Below, piece after piece: positions 45,595 to 59,479 of a DNA stretch of 64,000 nucleotides. Source of the DNA: the human T2T-CHM13v2.0 reference genome, Homo sapiens; NCBI RefSeq assembly GCF_009914755.1, contig NC_060941.1. One strand, 5' to 3'. The notes under the pieces were generated by a model. It ran no database searches, was not told where the DNA came from, and saw nothing but the letters and a program-made list of their open reading frames with translations. A program made the translations under genes and the position numbers. Every line of letters starts with the position of its first letter. The first letter of the stretch is position 1.

Positions 45595-47804
45595 TGATAT
45601 GGTTTGGCTCTGTGTCCCCACATCAATCTCATCTTGAATTGTAATCCTCATAATCCTCACGTGTCAAGGGAGGGGCCGAGGTGGGAAGTGATTGGATCAT
45701 GGGGGTGGTTTCCCATATGCTGTTTCCATGATATTGAGTGAGTGCCCATGAGATCCGATGGTTTTATAAGGCAGTTTTCCATGCTTTTGCTTGCTGTCTC
45801 TTTCCTGCCACCATGTAATGCATGCATTGCTTCTATTTCCTGAGGCCACCCTAGCCATGTGGAACTGTGAGTCAATTAAACCTCTTTCCTTTACAATTTA
45901 CCCAGTCTGGGGTATTTCTTTAAGCAGTGCAAGAATGGAATAATACCATAAATTGGTGGCTGTAGAGTGGGTTACTGCTATAAAGATACCCAACAATGTG
46001 GAGGCTACTTTGGAACCGCATAACAGGCAGAGATTGCAACAGTTTGGAGGGCTCAGAAGAAGACAGGAAGATGTGCGAAAATTTGGAGCTTCCTAGGTCC
46101 TTGTTGAATGGCTTTGACCAAAATGCTGACAGTGATACGGACAATAAGGTACAGGATGTGGTGGCCTCAGAGGGAGATGAGGAACTTTTTGGGAGTTGGA
46201 GCAAAGGTCACTCTTGGCTATGCTTTAGCAAAGAGACTGGTGGCATTTTGCCCCTGCCCTAGAGATCTGTGGATCTTTGAACTTGAGAGAGATGATCTGA
46301 AATTGGAACTTATATTTAAAAGAGAAGCAGAGCATAAATGTTTGGAAAGTTTGCAGCCTGATGATACGACAGAAAAGAAAAACCCATTTTCTGGAGAGGA
46401 AATCAAGCCAGCACAGAGATTTGCATAAGTAACAAGAAGCCAAATGTTAATTACCAAGACAATGGGAAAAATATCTCCAGGATATGTCAGAGATCTTGAT
46501 GGCAACCCCTCCCATCATAGAACCAGAGGGTTAGGTGGGAAAAATGGTTTCCTGGGCTGGGCCCCACTGCTGTGCTGTGTGCCTTCTGGACTTGGCACAC
46601 TGTGGCCCAGGCATGGCTAAAAGGTGCCAGTGTATAGCTTGGGCCATGGCTTCAGAAGGTGCAAGTCTCAAATCTTGGCAGCTTACATGTGGTGTTGGGC
46701 TTGCAGGTGCACAGAAGTCAAGAATTGAGGTTAGGGAACCTCCAACTAGATTTCAGAGGATGTATGGAGTCACCTGGATGTCCGGGCAGAAGTTTGCTGC
46801 AGAGGCAGAGCCTTCATGAAGAACTTCTGCTAGGGCAGTGAGGAAGGGAAATGTGGGATTGGAGCCCCCACAGGGGCACTGCCTAGTGGAGCTGTGAGAA
46901 GACGGCCACTCTTCTCCAGATCCCAGAATGGTAGATCCACCAAGAGCCTGCACTGCATGCCTAGAAAAGCCACAGACACTCAACACCAGCCCATGAAAGC
47001 AGCCGAGAGGGGGGCTGTACCTTACAAAGCCATAGGAGCAGAGCTGCCCAAGATCATGGGAGCCCACCTCAGCATGACTTGGATGTAAGACATGGAGTCA
47101 AAGGAGATTAATTAGGAGCTTTAAGATTTAATGACTGTCTCCTGTATTTTGGGCTTGCATGGGGCCTATAAACTCTTTGTTTTAGCCAATTACTCTCTTT
47201 TGAAATAGGAGTGTTTATCCAATGCCTTTACCCCCATTGTATCTAGAAAGTACCTAACTTGCTTTTAATTTTACAGGCTTATATGCAGAAGGGATTTGCC
47301 TTGTCTCAGATGTGACTTTGGACTATGGATTTTTGGATTAATGCTGGAATGAGATAAGACTTTGGGGGACTGTTGAAAAGGCATGATTGTGTTTATAAAT
47401 GTGAAGATGTGAGATTTGGGAGGGGCCAGGGATGGAATGATATGGTTTGGCTCCATGTCTCCATGCAAATCTTATCTTGAATTGTAATCCACATAATACC
47501 CAAGTGTGGAGGGAGGGACCAAGGGGGCAGTGATTGGATCATAGGGGTGGTTTCCTCTGTGCTGTTTTCATGATAGTGAGTTATCACAAGATCTCATTGC
47601 TTTATAAGGCAGTTCTCCCTGCTTTTACTTGCTCTCTCCCTCCTGCTGCCTTGTAAGGCATGCCTGCTTCCCCTTCCACCATGATTTTATGTTTCCTGAG
47701 CCTTTCCTAGCCATGAGGAACTGTGAGTCAATTAAACCTCTTTCCTTTATAAATTACTCAGTCTCAGATATTTCTTTATAGCAGTGTGGCAACAAACTAA
47801 TACA
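45595..47804 (+). mobile_element. Full-length THE1D MaLR provirus (LTR-int-LTR)
   Basis: 5'LTR 45595-45947, internal 45948-47437 with MaLR gag-like remnant (NSLEGSEEDRKM..NGFDQNADSD), purine tract before the 3'LTR at 47438-47804. Confidence 0.9.
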
Positions 47805-47920
47805 TGAGTATAACATAAAACTTTCACATATTAATAGTAATCAAGTTAAATATTCCACATAAGTTAGGGAGGGAGGATCCTTCCTAAGAGAATTTGACAA
47901 TTATGAATAATCCGTGCCAT

Positions 47921-48052
47921 AGCTGGGTACAGTGGTGCACTCTGTAGTCACTGCTACTCTGGAGGCTGAAGTGAGAGGATCACTTGAGACTGGGACTTTG
48001 AGGCTACAGTGTGCTATAATGATTTTGCCTGTGAATAGTCACTACACTCCAG
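47921..48052 (+). mobile_element. FAM (fossil Alu monomer)
   Basis: Alu-monomer start plus the FAM/7SL-type segment gcctgtgaatagtcactacactccag. Confidence 0.7.
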
Positions 48053-48869
48053 GAATACAAGAAATATTTAATCAATATACCATGACACTTCAGTTCTAAT
48101 TCTAGATTAACCATTAGCTATTTATATAATCTTTTGTGAGTAAACTTTCATCTTAGTTTCAAGTTTATCACATGAAAAATAGGTGAATTTTGGTCCATTT
48201 GGCTTAGACCTTTAATGGTTTTCTATAACAGGGACATATGCTGTGCATTATTAATACTTTCATATGGCCAGCCATCTCACCCTACTCAAAAACTTACAGA
48301 GCTTTTTCTTTTCAGAAGAAAATGTAATTTATTTACCATAACAGCCAATATCTAGCATCAACATTCCACTTTCTCCTTTGCCGTGCCCATCCCCACATTC
48401 TCTCTTTGCTACCAACTTTACCTATTGAAACTCTACCTCTTCAACCCACAAACTATTTCTCTTAGAATGACTTCATGCATTCCACCAGCCAAAAAAAAAG
48501 TCTTTCTTCTCAGTTATAAATTTTACTGGTCACACTCTCTCTTAAGTTACTGCTTTCTGAATATATGTTGGATCTTTCGTTGCAGGTTACGCATAGTGCA
48601 GAGTGGTACAAACCAACCAAACTTACCTTGAGAGTCAGCTTGGGGTTTGAACTATGATTATTTTAATTAATAATTAAAACCATAACTATGTTACTTAAGT
48701 GTTCTGTATTTAATATACTATCAATCATATAAAATATTTTTGCAGATATTTAAGATAATCTTTAATAATCAATGTCATATTTCAAGCTCAAGTATAATCA
48801 TCTAGTTGACAATCTCAATTACATGCCCAAAATAATACGTGTGATTTACATGTGCCCAAACCGTGTATT

Positions 48870-49500
48870 AGTCAGCCATCTCTTGCCCTTTGGTGTAATT
48901 CCTCAGATAGTCACCCAGTTACTCAAGCCAAATGACTAGATAGTTTTTATTAGATTCTTCTTGTTCTCTGTGTCTACCCCTCCTACACCTCTTCCTTCTC
49001 CCCCGCCTTTTTTTTTTTAGAATCAAGCAACTCTTTATTCCATAAAATAGAATAAGTTATCCCTCTTTCTAATTTATCAGCAAGCACAGTCTCTGTAGCT
49101 CCAAAATATAACTCTGTCTCTACCCTTGTCTGGGACACCAGTGTCTGTCACTGGGCAAAATTTCTACTTTTACTCCTAACAGTCTATTCTCTACACAATA
49201 GAACACTCTACACAGTTACCTTTAAATATGTACATTATATCACATAATTCTTTTTTTGAAGACAATGTAATAATGTTTCACTACTCTTTGAAAATAATCC
49301 AGACTCTTACTTTATCCTACAATGTCTTATAGAACCTGTGCTCTGTACCTTTCCCAGCCCATCTACTGTAATTCTTCCAACTGCATTCCTTTTCAGTCAC
49401 CATTGCCATATTCTCATTTCTCCAACCCTCCAAGACTCAAAGCCTTTAAACTCATGTTTCTTTTGCCAGGAACACTCTTTTTCCCAGACTTCCTTGACTT
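48870..49500 (+). mobile_element. L2 fragment
   Basis: cacccagttactcaagccaa...tctattctctacaca...aatccagactcttac...ttgccaggaacactctt. Confidence 0.55.
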
Positions 49501-51149
49501 TTTTGGGGGGGTTCTTCATATTAGTTATGTGTTTGCTAATTCAAACAACTTCAGCAAAACTTTACTGTACTATGTGTATATATATATAGTATATATAATA
49601 TTGTGTATATATATAAAGTATGCTCTACAATATATATGCCCTATAATATATGGTTTGACTATATAATGTCCAATATATACATCTAACGATCATCAATAGT
49701 AAGACCTTGCTTTCATGGAAGAGGTTACGGTAGGAAAAGTATTAATTAAATTTCATAAAGGCAAACATGAAATTACATAATAGTTGCTTTTAAAAAGGGG
49801 GGCCCTGTTTGGACCTTCACACCAAAAATTTATCATCGCTACAGTAATTTAAGCAAATGAAGGAGGAGTCCCATGTGTTACATGTAGAAAAAGGGAAGGG
49901 TAACAAAAAAGTTTCATTTCATAGGGCATTATCATAAACTGTATCTATTGATCATCATGGGCATTATACCATATCACAGCATGTATCAGACACATTACCA
50001 AATTTAAACTTTTGTTTATGAGATTTTCAGCACTTGGAATGCTATGCTTATCCTTTCATATTTCAAATTTTTTGAATACTTCTAAATTTCTAATATTTTT
50101 CCAGGTTATAATTGATCATTGTGAAATTTACTTGAAAACTTTAATAATTTATTATCCAATTTATTATGTAACATGCATTTATTTATATCTTTATTTTATT
50201 AAGCTTTTATAATTTATTCCCAAACATATTCTACAACGAACTTTTATTTTGCAACGTATTACCAGATGTAATGAAGCTTAAATTTGTTTTATGTGTGGCT
50301 GAAATATTTTAAGTGCTTATTTTAGTGAATAAACAACATAAAATAAAAATTCAGCATTGCATTTAGAAAAATCACCCTACAATGTCATTTAAATGTTAGA
50401 ATTGAAAGCATGCACAGGTACATTTCTCATTTTCATTTTAAGAAGTAGATAATTTGTCATTTTCAAATAATTTGTGCTACATTTAAATGAATCAGCTATT
50501 CTTCAAAATCCATTTAAACATCTTGATGTTACCAATTATCTGAATTTTGGGCACCAGCTACCTATAATCCATGCATAATAAAATGTTTTGAGGCAGAATG
50601 TCTGCCTTTTGTATCATCATATATCCCCAATGTGTGTCCATCAGGTGAGACAATCACTAAAGCCTTTTTGAATATACTTTGCATTTAACAGCGGCTACAG
50701 ATAAAGGAGAAGAAAAAAAGGACCATATTGTTCATTTGTTTGTTTACAAGAAAAATCTTATTACTTGTTCTCTTACCAAAAATGTTTTCTTTTTGAAAAA
50801 GTGAGGAATTCCCGAGAGGCAGTTATTAATTCTTTCCAAAGAATGGACGCATATACAATAAAGTAAATTTATTATGAAAATAAATGCGGGGTGGGGGAAA
50901 GGGAGGGAATCTGAATTTATGGAAGAGCAAACAGGAATCCAAAGAAGCATCACACAGAAAATAAGGCCAATTTCAAAAATTAAGGAAAAAAAGATCAAGA
51001 AAAGAAAAGCTTATGTGGGCTTGACATAAGAACCTACAGAGTACCAATAAATTAGATATTAGCAATTATTGACCTATAATTAACTTGGAAGTGGCATGAA
51101 AGAGTTTTACATATAAGTTGCCAAATGTGATGAGCTTTTTTTAAACGTT

Positions 51150-51560
51150 GGCTTCAGAATCTACTATATGTGTGGATTTGGGCAGAGCTAGTAAGTTTGT
51201 TGAGCCTCAGTTTCCTAACCTTTAAAAATAGAAATGGTGATACTATTTTGCATTATTTGTATGAGAATTGAATGGTATAATGAGTACATCTTGGCACATA
51301 TTTATTATATCTATTCAAAATAGTTAAAACTTTTAAATAGTACTTATTATCTACTAGGCAGTATTCTAAGCATTCCATGTGTGTTAATTCCAACCCCATG
51401 AGAGAGGTACTATTTTTAGCATCATTTTAAACGTAAAGAAACTGACATACAGAGAAATTAAAGTAACTGGCCCAAGGTCTCAGATTTTTGAAGCAGCTTT
51501 GCTAGTGTTTGAGTCACAGTGTCGCTTTTGTGTTCATGAAATTAAACCCTATGCCTTGCT
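51150..51560. mobile_element. Two MIR fragments in opposite orientation
   Basis: tgagcctcagtttcctaacctttaaaaatag (+), then aagaaactgacatacagagaaattaaagtaactggcccaaggtctcag (-). Confidence 0.6.
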
Positions 51561-51896
51561 GCTTCTCAAATTATGTTAGTTCCCATTATATTTCTCTTTG
51601 AATAATTTATTTACAGAAATAATTGAATGGACTATCACTAATTAATTCTGTATGTTCAATTTAAAAATCTTACTATTTTTTTCCATAGAGCTCCATTTGA
51701 GTTATTTCCAATAGATATTATCTTCCAAAAGTCCCATAATAAGGTGTACTTTTCTCTAACATCCTGAAGCAATGGTAGCATAAGTTTTCTCTGCTGGATT
51801 TCTGGGTTGAACATATAGTTCCTGACTGGCCTTATCTCTATCCTTCCTATTGTTCATGTGACACTCACAAGCTGGGATGTATGGTATGAAAATTAG

Positions 51897-52070
51897 ATGT
51901 CTGTAATCCCAGCACTTTGCGAACCCAAGGCAGAGAGATTATTTGAGTCCAGGAGTTAGAGACTGTAGTGTGCCATGATTGTGTCTATAAATGGCCACTG
52001 TACTCAGGAAGACCCCATCTAAAAAATAATAATTATAAGTAAATAAATTAAATAAAACAGAAAAAAGAAA
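51897..52070 (+). mobile_element. FAM-like Alu monomer with A-rich tail
   Basis: ctgtaatcccagcacttt...gtctataaatggccactgtactc...agaccccatct plus A-rich tail. Confidence 0.7.
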
Positions 52071-52232
52071 ATAATTGAACTATGACATAAGCAACATATG
52101 CGGATGATTCTGCTTATTTTTGATTTTATATAGCATTATTTTATTATTTATTCATATATTAAACAAGTACTTTATCCATAAATACTACAAACGTACAAAT
52201 CTACAAAATCTACAAATATTAAAGAGGGCTAG

Positions 52233-52234
52233 TT

Positions 52235-52273
<39 letters not shown>

Positions 52274-52312
52274 CTCTCTTCTTTCTTTCTTTTTCTTTTC
52301 TTTCTTTATTTC
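52233..52312. repeat. (TTTC)n microsatellite
   Basis: Seen directly. Confidence 0.9.
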
Positions 52313-53160
52313 TGATTTTTCTCCATTAAGAAGATATTTCTAAGCTGAATAGAGTTCCAATTTCTGAGGATATGGACAATAGAGTACTGGTCTTAACTTT
52401 ACATCTTTATAGAAACTAAGAACAGCTTGTTTATTATTTGTTTGTGTGTATTATAAGCATGGCCAGAGGCTTATCCTTACCAATTAGTAGCTGCAGTGTA
52501 TCCAGGCATACAGATTGTAGAAAAATAAATAAATAAATAAATAAATAAACACAGTGAAAGCTTTTGTGCTGACAGACTTGGAGTACATCCCTACTATGCT
52601 ACTATGCTGTTTTCATTTCCCATTGTTGTAGTTCAAATCAGCACATATATTTTGAGTGCAAATATCAATGACTGGCAAAATAGGCCTAACTAGCGAAGTG
52701 GCAGTTAGCAAGTGTAAGAAGATATCAAGCAACATTAATATTTCAACAAACACACTGGAACATTACCATGTCTAAGGCATCAATCTAGGTATGAGTTAAG
52801 GTCTTGGTTCCAAGGATCTTCCATTCTAGGAGAAGAGTAAAATTAGGGATCCTTAACAATCAAATAAATTGAATAAATATAGATAGTAATATGTGCTCTC
52901 AAGACAACATAACAGGCCAAAGAAATAGAAAGTGATGATTATGTAGTTAGGCATGGCATTACACATAAGATTTCCAGTGTCGCACATGATCTGCAAGTTA
53001 TGTTTGGTTGCATTTTCTACTTTTCCTTCCCACCCACCTCTTCTCTTATCTCCACCCACAGGGCTCCTTTCTATCCCTCAAACATGCCAGGTATCTCCTC
53101 AATTAGGGTTGTGCACTGACTGTCCCCTTTTCTTGGAAGTCTTCTCACTCATATTTGATA

Positions 53161-53907
53161 TGAGGACGAAGCTCTGAATTTTTATCTTGCCCGAATTTCT
53201 ACCCAAAGAATCTAGGGATTCATGTTCCACAAGCCATAAATTATCATCAGATGGGTTTTATTTAACCCTATATATTGCGACTTACTTTTCAATCTGACTC
53301 TGGCATAACATTATGAGACAAGGAAAAAAAAAATATTTAACCCCAAAATATATTTCCTTGCCATACCTTGAAATTGCCCTGCAAAGTCTCTTGTGGGAAA
53401 AATTCACATTCTATAGTGAATTCCCTTCCCCTTTTGTTTTCCTTAACTTCATTTCCAGATCCGAGAGATATTCAACTAAGATCCAGGCACCCTTTTAGGT
53501 CCCATAAGAAAAAAAAAATACACAGCCTGCTCCCTCTGAAGTCTGCTATGTGAGAGATTCCTCTGCACAATAAAACTTGTTCTCTGAAATCCCTTATCTT
53601 AACCTGAATGTTCCTTTCCATTGATCCCAGGTCTTCAGATAAACTCAACCAAATGTCAACTGGAAAATGTTTAAATTTACCTATAGCCTGGAAGCCCCAT
53701 GCTTTGAGTTGTCCCACCTTTCTAAACCAAACCAATGTATTTCTTAAATGTATTTGATCGACGTCTCATGTCTGCCTGCCACTGACCACCTTGGGTACAT
53801 GTTCTCAGGACCTCCTGAGGGCTGTTTCACAGGCCATGGTCACTCATATTTGATTCAGAATGAATCTCTTCAAAATATTTTACTGAGTTTGACTCTTTTC
53901 ACTGACA
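53161..53907 (+). mobile_element. MER4E-type ERV1 solo LTR nested in an L2
   Basis: tgaggacgaagctctga...ttttcactgaca; perfect TSD GATA (53157-53160 and 53908-53911); L2 sequence on both sides (~52980-54220). Confidence 0.85.
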
Positions 53908-55166
53908 GATACTCCCTCACATCCATATCTTTCCTTATGTGTCATCTTCCCAACAAGCTCCATTCTAACCACCATTTATATTTCAGTTACTCTTATCTCC
54001 CTTACTGTGATTTATTTTTCTATTTGTTTTTAAATCACCTATCACTTTCTAAAATCTCATGTTTTATTTTATTTTATTTTATTTTTGGTGCTTATTGTTT
54101 ATTTTTGTGTCTGCCTTGTAGAATATAAGCTAGATGAAGGCAAAAATACTTGTCTATTTTATTTATGAGTGTATTTCAAATGCTTATAATGGTACCTGGC
54201 CTATGTAGGCTTTCAGTTAGCTACAGGAGGTAAAAATGACCACTTAATAATCATAAAAAGAAATGAATTCCAAAAACAAAAGTGGATAGACCATGGTACT
54301 GGGATTGAGAAATGAGACAGTTATGGCCAAAGTATAGTTTTGCTTAGAGTTAAATGAGAATCTTTTGTAGAATGAAAGGGCAAAATGGAGAACATACTTA
54401 AAGGTGCTTGGAATGAAGAATAAAGTGAGTTTTGGAAAATGGGTATGGAGATGGAACAGATGCAGAGAGGACCCATTACTGTACTACCAAAGAAGAGAAT
54501 TCTATGTTCCTTTACTTTGCACGCAAAAATTGTATTTGTCTGCTGAATACAGAACATGCAGAATGGTTTGAAAAAGTGTGTAACTAGGTCAAGGAGTAAT
54601 AAAACGGTAATGGCACAACCAGGCAATTTATTTTGGAAAGTACTGGAGTTTAATCCATCATATTTTATAGTGTAATTGGAATTATATTAAGGAACCTGAA
54701 CATCCTCCTGCAAAACATTTAGAGTTAACTGTTTTAAGGAGTAGATTCTTGTGACAAAAGTTCACTGGTAGGAGTTCATCCATTCATCTACACATTCACT
54801 CATTAATTCATCTAAAATATACATTTAGGATCTGATGTATTACTTAATGCTGTGCTAGACTCTGGATACAAAAATAAGTATCACACAGGCCCTATACTAA
54901 CAGGGCTCATATTCATTTGTGGGATGTATAAAAAGCAATTTCAATGTAATATACAATCATATAGGAAGTTCTTTAAAAGTATAGACAGTAGAAATATTTT
55001 GTTGTTGTTTTAGATGGAATCTTATAATAGGTGGTGATAATTAACCTTGATATTAGAATTTTAAATCTCACCTTAAGTGAAAAATAGATTTATGTAGAAA
55101 GAATAGCATGTAAAAGTAAATTAAGGTGTGAGAGTGTATGACATATTTCAGAACAAGTAATCCATC

Positions 55167-55527
55167 TGTTATTAGTCTGTTCTCATCCTGCTAATAGAGA
55201 CATAACTGAGACTGGGTTATTTATCAAGGAAAGAGGTTTAATTGACTCACAGTTCCACATAGCTGGGGAGGCCTCACACTCAGGGCAGAAGGCAAAGGAG
55301 GAGCCAAGTCATCTCTTACATGGCGACAGGCAAGAGAGCATGTGCAGGGGAACTCCCATTTATAAAACCATCAAATCTCATGAGACTTATTCAGTATCCA
55401 TGAGAACAGCATGAGAAAGACCTGCCCCCATGATTCAATGACATCCCACTGGGTCCCTCACATGACACGTGGGAATTATGGGAGCTACAATTCGAGATTT
55501 GGATGCGGACACAGCCAAACCATATCA
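55167..55527 (-). mobile_element. THE1B/C solo LTR
   Basis: Antisense THE1 ends (..tattagtc / ..ccaaaccatatca); perfect TSD CCATC. Confidence 0.9.
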
Positions 55528-55556
55528 CCATCACATTAGGGCAAAAACACAAGAGG

Positions 55557-56036
55557 TGTTGCAGATTGAATTGTGTCCTCCTGAAAAGATGTATTAGACT
55601 TCTAACTAACCCAGTTACTTCAGAATGTGCTTTTATTTGGAGACAGATTCTTTCCATAGATAACCAAATAAAAATGAGATTTGGATGGAACCTAATCCAA
55701 TACGACTGGTGTCCTTATTCAAAAGGAATTTTGCACACAGACATATTCACAGGGAGAATGCCATATGGAGATGAAGGCAGATCGTAGTGCTGCCTTTACA
55801 AGTCAAAGAACACCACCAAAGATTGTTGGTAAATCACCAGAAGTTAGGAGAAAGGCATGGAAAAGGTTCTCCTCCACAGTACTCAGCAGGGAGGGGAAAA
55901 AACCCCTGCAGACACCTTGATTTCAGATATCCAGCCTCCAGAACTGTGAAACAACAACAACAACAACAACAACAAATCCTGTTGTTTAAGTTACTCAGTT
56001 TGTGGTATTTCTTACAGCAGTCCTAGAGCTAATACA
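55557..56036 (+). mobile_element. MLT1B/C solo LTR with internal (AAC)n
   Basis: ttgaattgtgtcc...taatccaatacgactggtgtcctta...cagcctccagaactgtga...ctaataca. Confidence 0.85.
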
Positions 56037-57574
56037 GGAGAAGGTGAAAGTTATAAAAGACAAAGATGCAAAGATACGGAGGGACTATCAACATTGTTAA
56101 AATATTAAATGCTTAAATTTTAGTGGTTTGTAAAAGCCACTGAAAATGGAAACCAAATGATGAGTTGTGCATTTTACAAAGAAATTCTGGCAGCCTGGGA
56201 AAGATGCATATAAGCTAAAGCTAGTTAAGATGAAAAGTCAGAAAACTAGGCAAATGACTATTATAATTTAGCAAGAGGGAGCCAATGAGGCACTAAAATA
56301 GGGAAGAATAGTTAGATTGAAGATGTAGTGATGTAAGAGATTAAGGATATAAAATATGTAAATATAAATATTGATGAGATAGGAAAGGGAAATCAATGGG
56401 GAGATTAGATATGACTTTGGCTTAGGGAAATGAGAAAATGATGGCACCAAGTTTATAGAAAGGCAATTCGTGGTCTAAAGTAGAGGACGAAAATGAATTT
56501 TACTTAATGTTGCAATCAATGTACATGGAGAACGTTTGCCAGCTTACAAATGAGCCTGTGGGTATTTTAGGTGAGTTATGAACTAGATAAAAAAAGAGAA
56601 AAATAAAAGTTTATAAATAATATTTATTGTGTAATATGAAGGATTGAAGAAAGAGGATATAGACTAAAGGTTGTATGTACCTGAGAGGTGGGGATACGGG
56701 CAAGGGCATGAGGGAGAGTTACTTCTGGGATTCTTATAGTAGTTCAGGCATGAGTTGATAAGCTTCAGGTAACTAAATACAAGCAACAATGACTCTATGC
56801 AATAAAATAAGGTTATTTTTATCTAAAATGCAAGCTATGCTAGAAGCAGTACAGAAGAATAACTGCTTTAATAGTAGATCTCACCTGGCCATGACCTTCT
56901 AAGCAATAAGTTTTATTTATATTTTCAAGCCGTGTTTACTATGTAAATAAATATAAAAATGCGAAGAAGAATTAGCTTCCATATTTTTTTCTAATGTGAA
57001 GGTATGAACTCTTTCTGTAAATTTTTATTGATACACATAAAGATAAAAAAGCTGTCTAAAAGATCTTACGTTACGCAGAGTAAGATGCAAAGTTGAGAAA
57101 TACTTGACCCATACCACCGGCTGTTCCAATGTGATACAGCAGACAAAACAATGAACCAGAGTGCTACAAGAGAAGTACTATTGGTGTACTGCCCTGCAGA
57201 AAAAATCGAAAAAACAAAAAACAGAAACTAAAGCAAAACCAATAAATATTTTTGTAGAATTTGTGCTTAATTTATGCTCAGAAATATTATTGATTTATGC
57301 TTTTGACTGATATTTAAGTTTCATTATAATCACAAGAATCTTACTAGCTTAAAAAATGGAAACAAAAACACAAATAACACACATGCCAAATTTTCAAAAG
57401 ATGAAGAATTGTAAGTAGAAAAGAATATGACAGTTTGAATCAGAAGGACCTGGATTCAAAACGAATTTTTAGCATTGCTACCTGTTTGAAAGGCGATTGC
57501 CAAGAGATTAGCCACTACCATATTGAGTTTACAAAGACAGGTTGTGAAGGTATAGAAACTCCAGTAAACAAGTT

Positions 57575-58071
57575 TAGTGATGAATTCCAAAAATGGCCTT
57601 AATTTTACCCATCTTTCCATATCCTTGCCTTTTGGTAATATGCTCCTATACTAACGGGAAGCTTGTTCTCCATTATTTACCCAGTGGGTTATTAGCAAAT
57701 TTAACACGAGAAGAAGTTTGAAAATGACCTGCGTATTTCTGTTTTCATTCTTGTACTCTTTGCATTTCCATGAACATGTACAGAATAGCCTACAGGAGAA
57801 ATGTGAGAAAGATACATGGAGAAAAACAAAGCCAACCTAGACCAGCCCACAGCCAGCCAACCACAGGCATATGAGAAAACTCAGCCAATATCAGCAGGGC
57901 CACCTTCAAGACTCAACTGACCACAGATGCGTGAGGGAGCCCAGCCAAAACTAGGGGAACTTCCTGCCAATCCATAGACGTGTAATAAATAATAAATGAT
58001 GTTTGCTTTCAGCCACTAAATTTCTTGGCAGTTGGTTACACAGCAGTATGGTAGTAATAGATAATTTATAC
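57575..58071 (+). mobile_element. MLT1G/H-like solo LTR
   Basis: aaaaatggcc...gagcccagcc...aataaatgatgtttgctttcagccactaa...ttacacagca..atagataa. Confidence 0.65.
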
Positions 58072-59055
58072 ATCAATAAAGTGATAATATTGAGAATGGA
58101 AAGGAGACATGATGGCTCAAAGGAGGCATAACTGAGGAGGAAATCTTTGCCAAATCTGAAATTCACTACATACAATGAAGTCCTCACAGCTTAGGAAACT
58201 TAACCCCTGGTTTTGCATGCCTACTCTGGAATAGAAATAACTATCAATTATCTGTAAGTCAGTGTAAATGATTCCTTACGTGCAGATTTCACGTCTTTAA
58301 ACTTTGCTCTCATAGAAACTCACAGACTGCCAGGACCTAAGTAGTCAATCAATAAATACTCTTTAAAATATGATGGAAAGGAAGCTGTTTCACAGGTTCA
58401 CACAACCAATCACACTAATAGAGCAAACTCAAGTCCAGATATCAGAATGTAAATATGACCTTCGTATGTTTTCTTTATAAATATGTTACTACTATATTTT
58501 TATAATCCTTTCTTAATTATAAAGTTAACATATATTAATCTCAAAAAATCCACCAGAAAGAAATATGTTTTGTGTAACTAGAATTAGGACAGACGAGTTG
58601 GACCTAACTAGTCTGTTCTAGAGCCAGAACAGTAGAATGGCATTTTCAGTGTATTAAAAAAGTGAGGCTAACATATGAAAATTGGTTTAATTATTACTTA
58701 AGACTGAAAGAGAGGTAAATACATTTTCATATAGAGAATGACTGACAGATTTTAATAGTGATTATTTCTGAAATAACTCCTAAATGATTTTTTTAAGTTA
58801 CAAATATTCTGAACCCAGATGGTTGGAGAGAAGTGTCAAAATAATTATATTTCACAATTAGACTCGTGCAAATAAATTGGCAAATACGTGTGTAATTCAA
58901 AATATGTACTAGACATGAATAATATGAAATAGGAGCAACTTATTGATATGAAGTCAAGACATATATAAAATACCAGACAAAAAATCATGTAGAAAGTGGA
59001 GCAAGGAAATCAGAATTAGAGCTAAGATCTATTTATCTTTTGGTATCATATAGAT

Positions 59056-59409
59056 CAGGGTCGCCATACCCCCAGGTTGTGGACCAGTATCCGTTCGTGA
59101 CCTGTTCGAAACTGAGTCACACAGCAGGAGGTGAGTGTAAGGCCAGTGGCACTACTGCCTGAGCTCTGCCTCCTGTCAGATCAGAAGCAGCATTAGATTC
59201 TCATAGGAGAATAAACCCTATTATGAACTGTGCATGCGAGGAGTCTACGTTGTGCGTTCCTTGTGAGAATCTAACTAGTGCCTGATGATCTGTGGTGGAA
59301 CAGTTTCACCCCAAAACCACCTCCTGCATCTCAGCTGCACTTCTGGGTCTGTGGAAAAACTGTCTTCCACAAAACAGGACCCTCGTGCCAAAAAGGTTGG
59401 GGACCGCTG
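59056..59409 (+). mobile_element. MER1B hAT-Charlie DNA transposon
   Basis: caggg...ggttggggaccgctg ends; 8-bp TSD ATATAGAT / ATAAAGAT. Confidence 0.9.
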
Positions 59410-59479
59410 ATAAAGATGACTAATTTTCTGCTTTATTATCTATGTGAATTAAAATTTAAACGTAACCTTCAAACATAAA

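Noticed and set aside
45996-46428. Gag-like ORFs as a domesticated gene
   Set aside because: Ordinary frameshifted THE1-int remnants.
55787-56026. PolyQ-containing ORF
   Set aside because: An (AAC)n microsatellite inside an MLT1 LTR.
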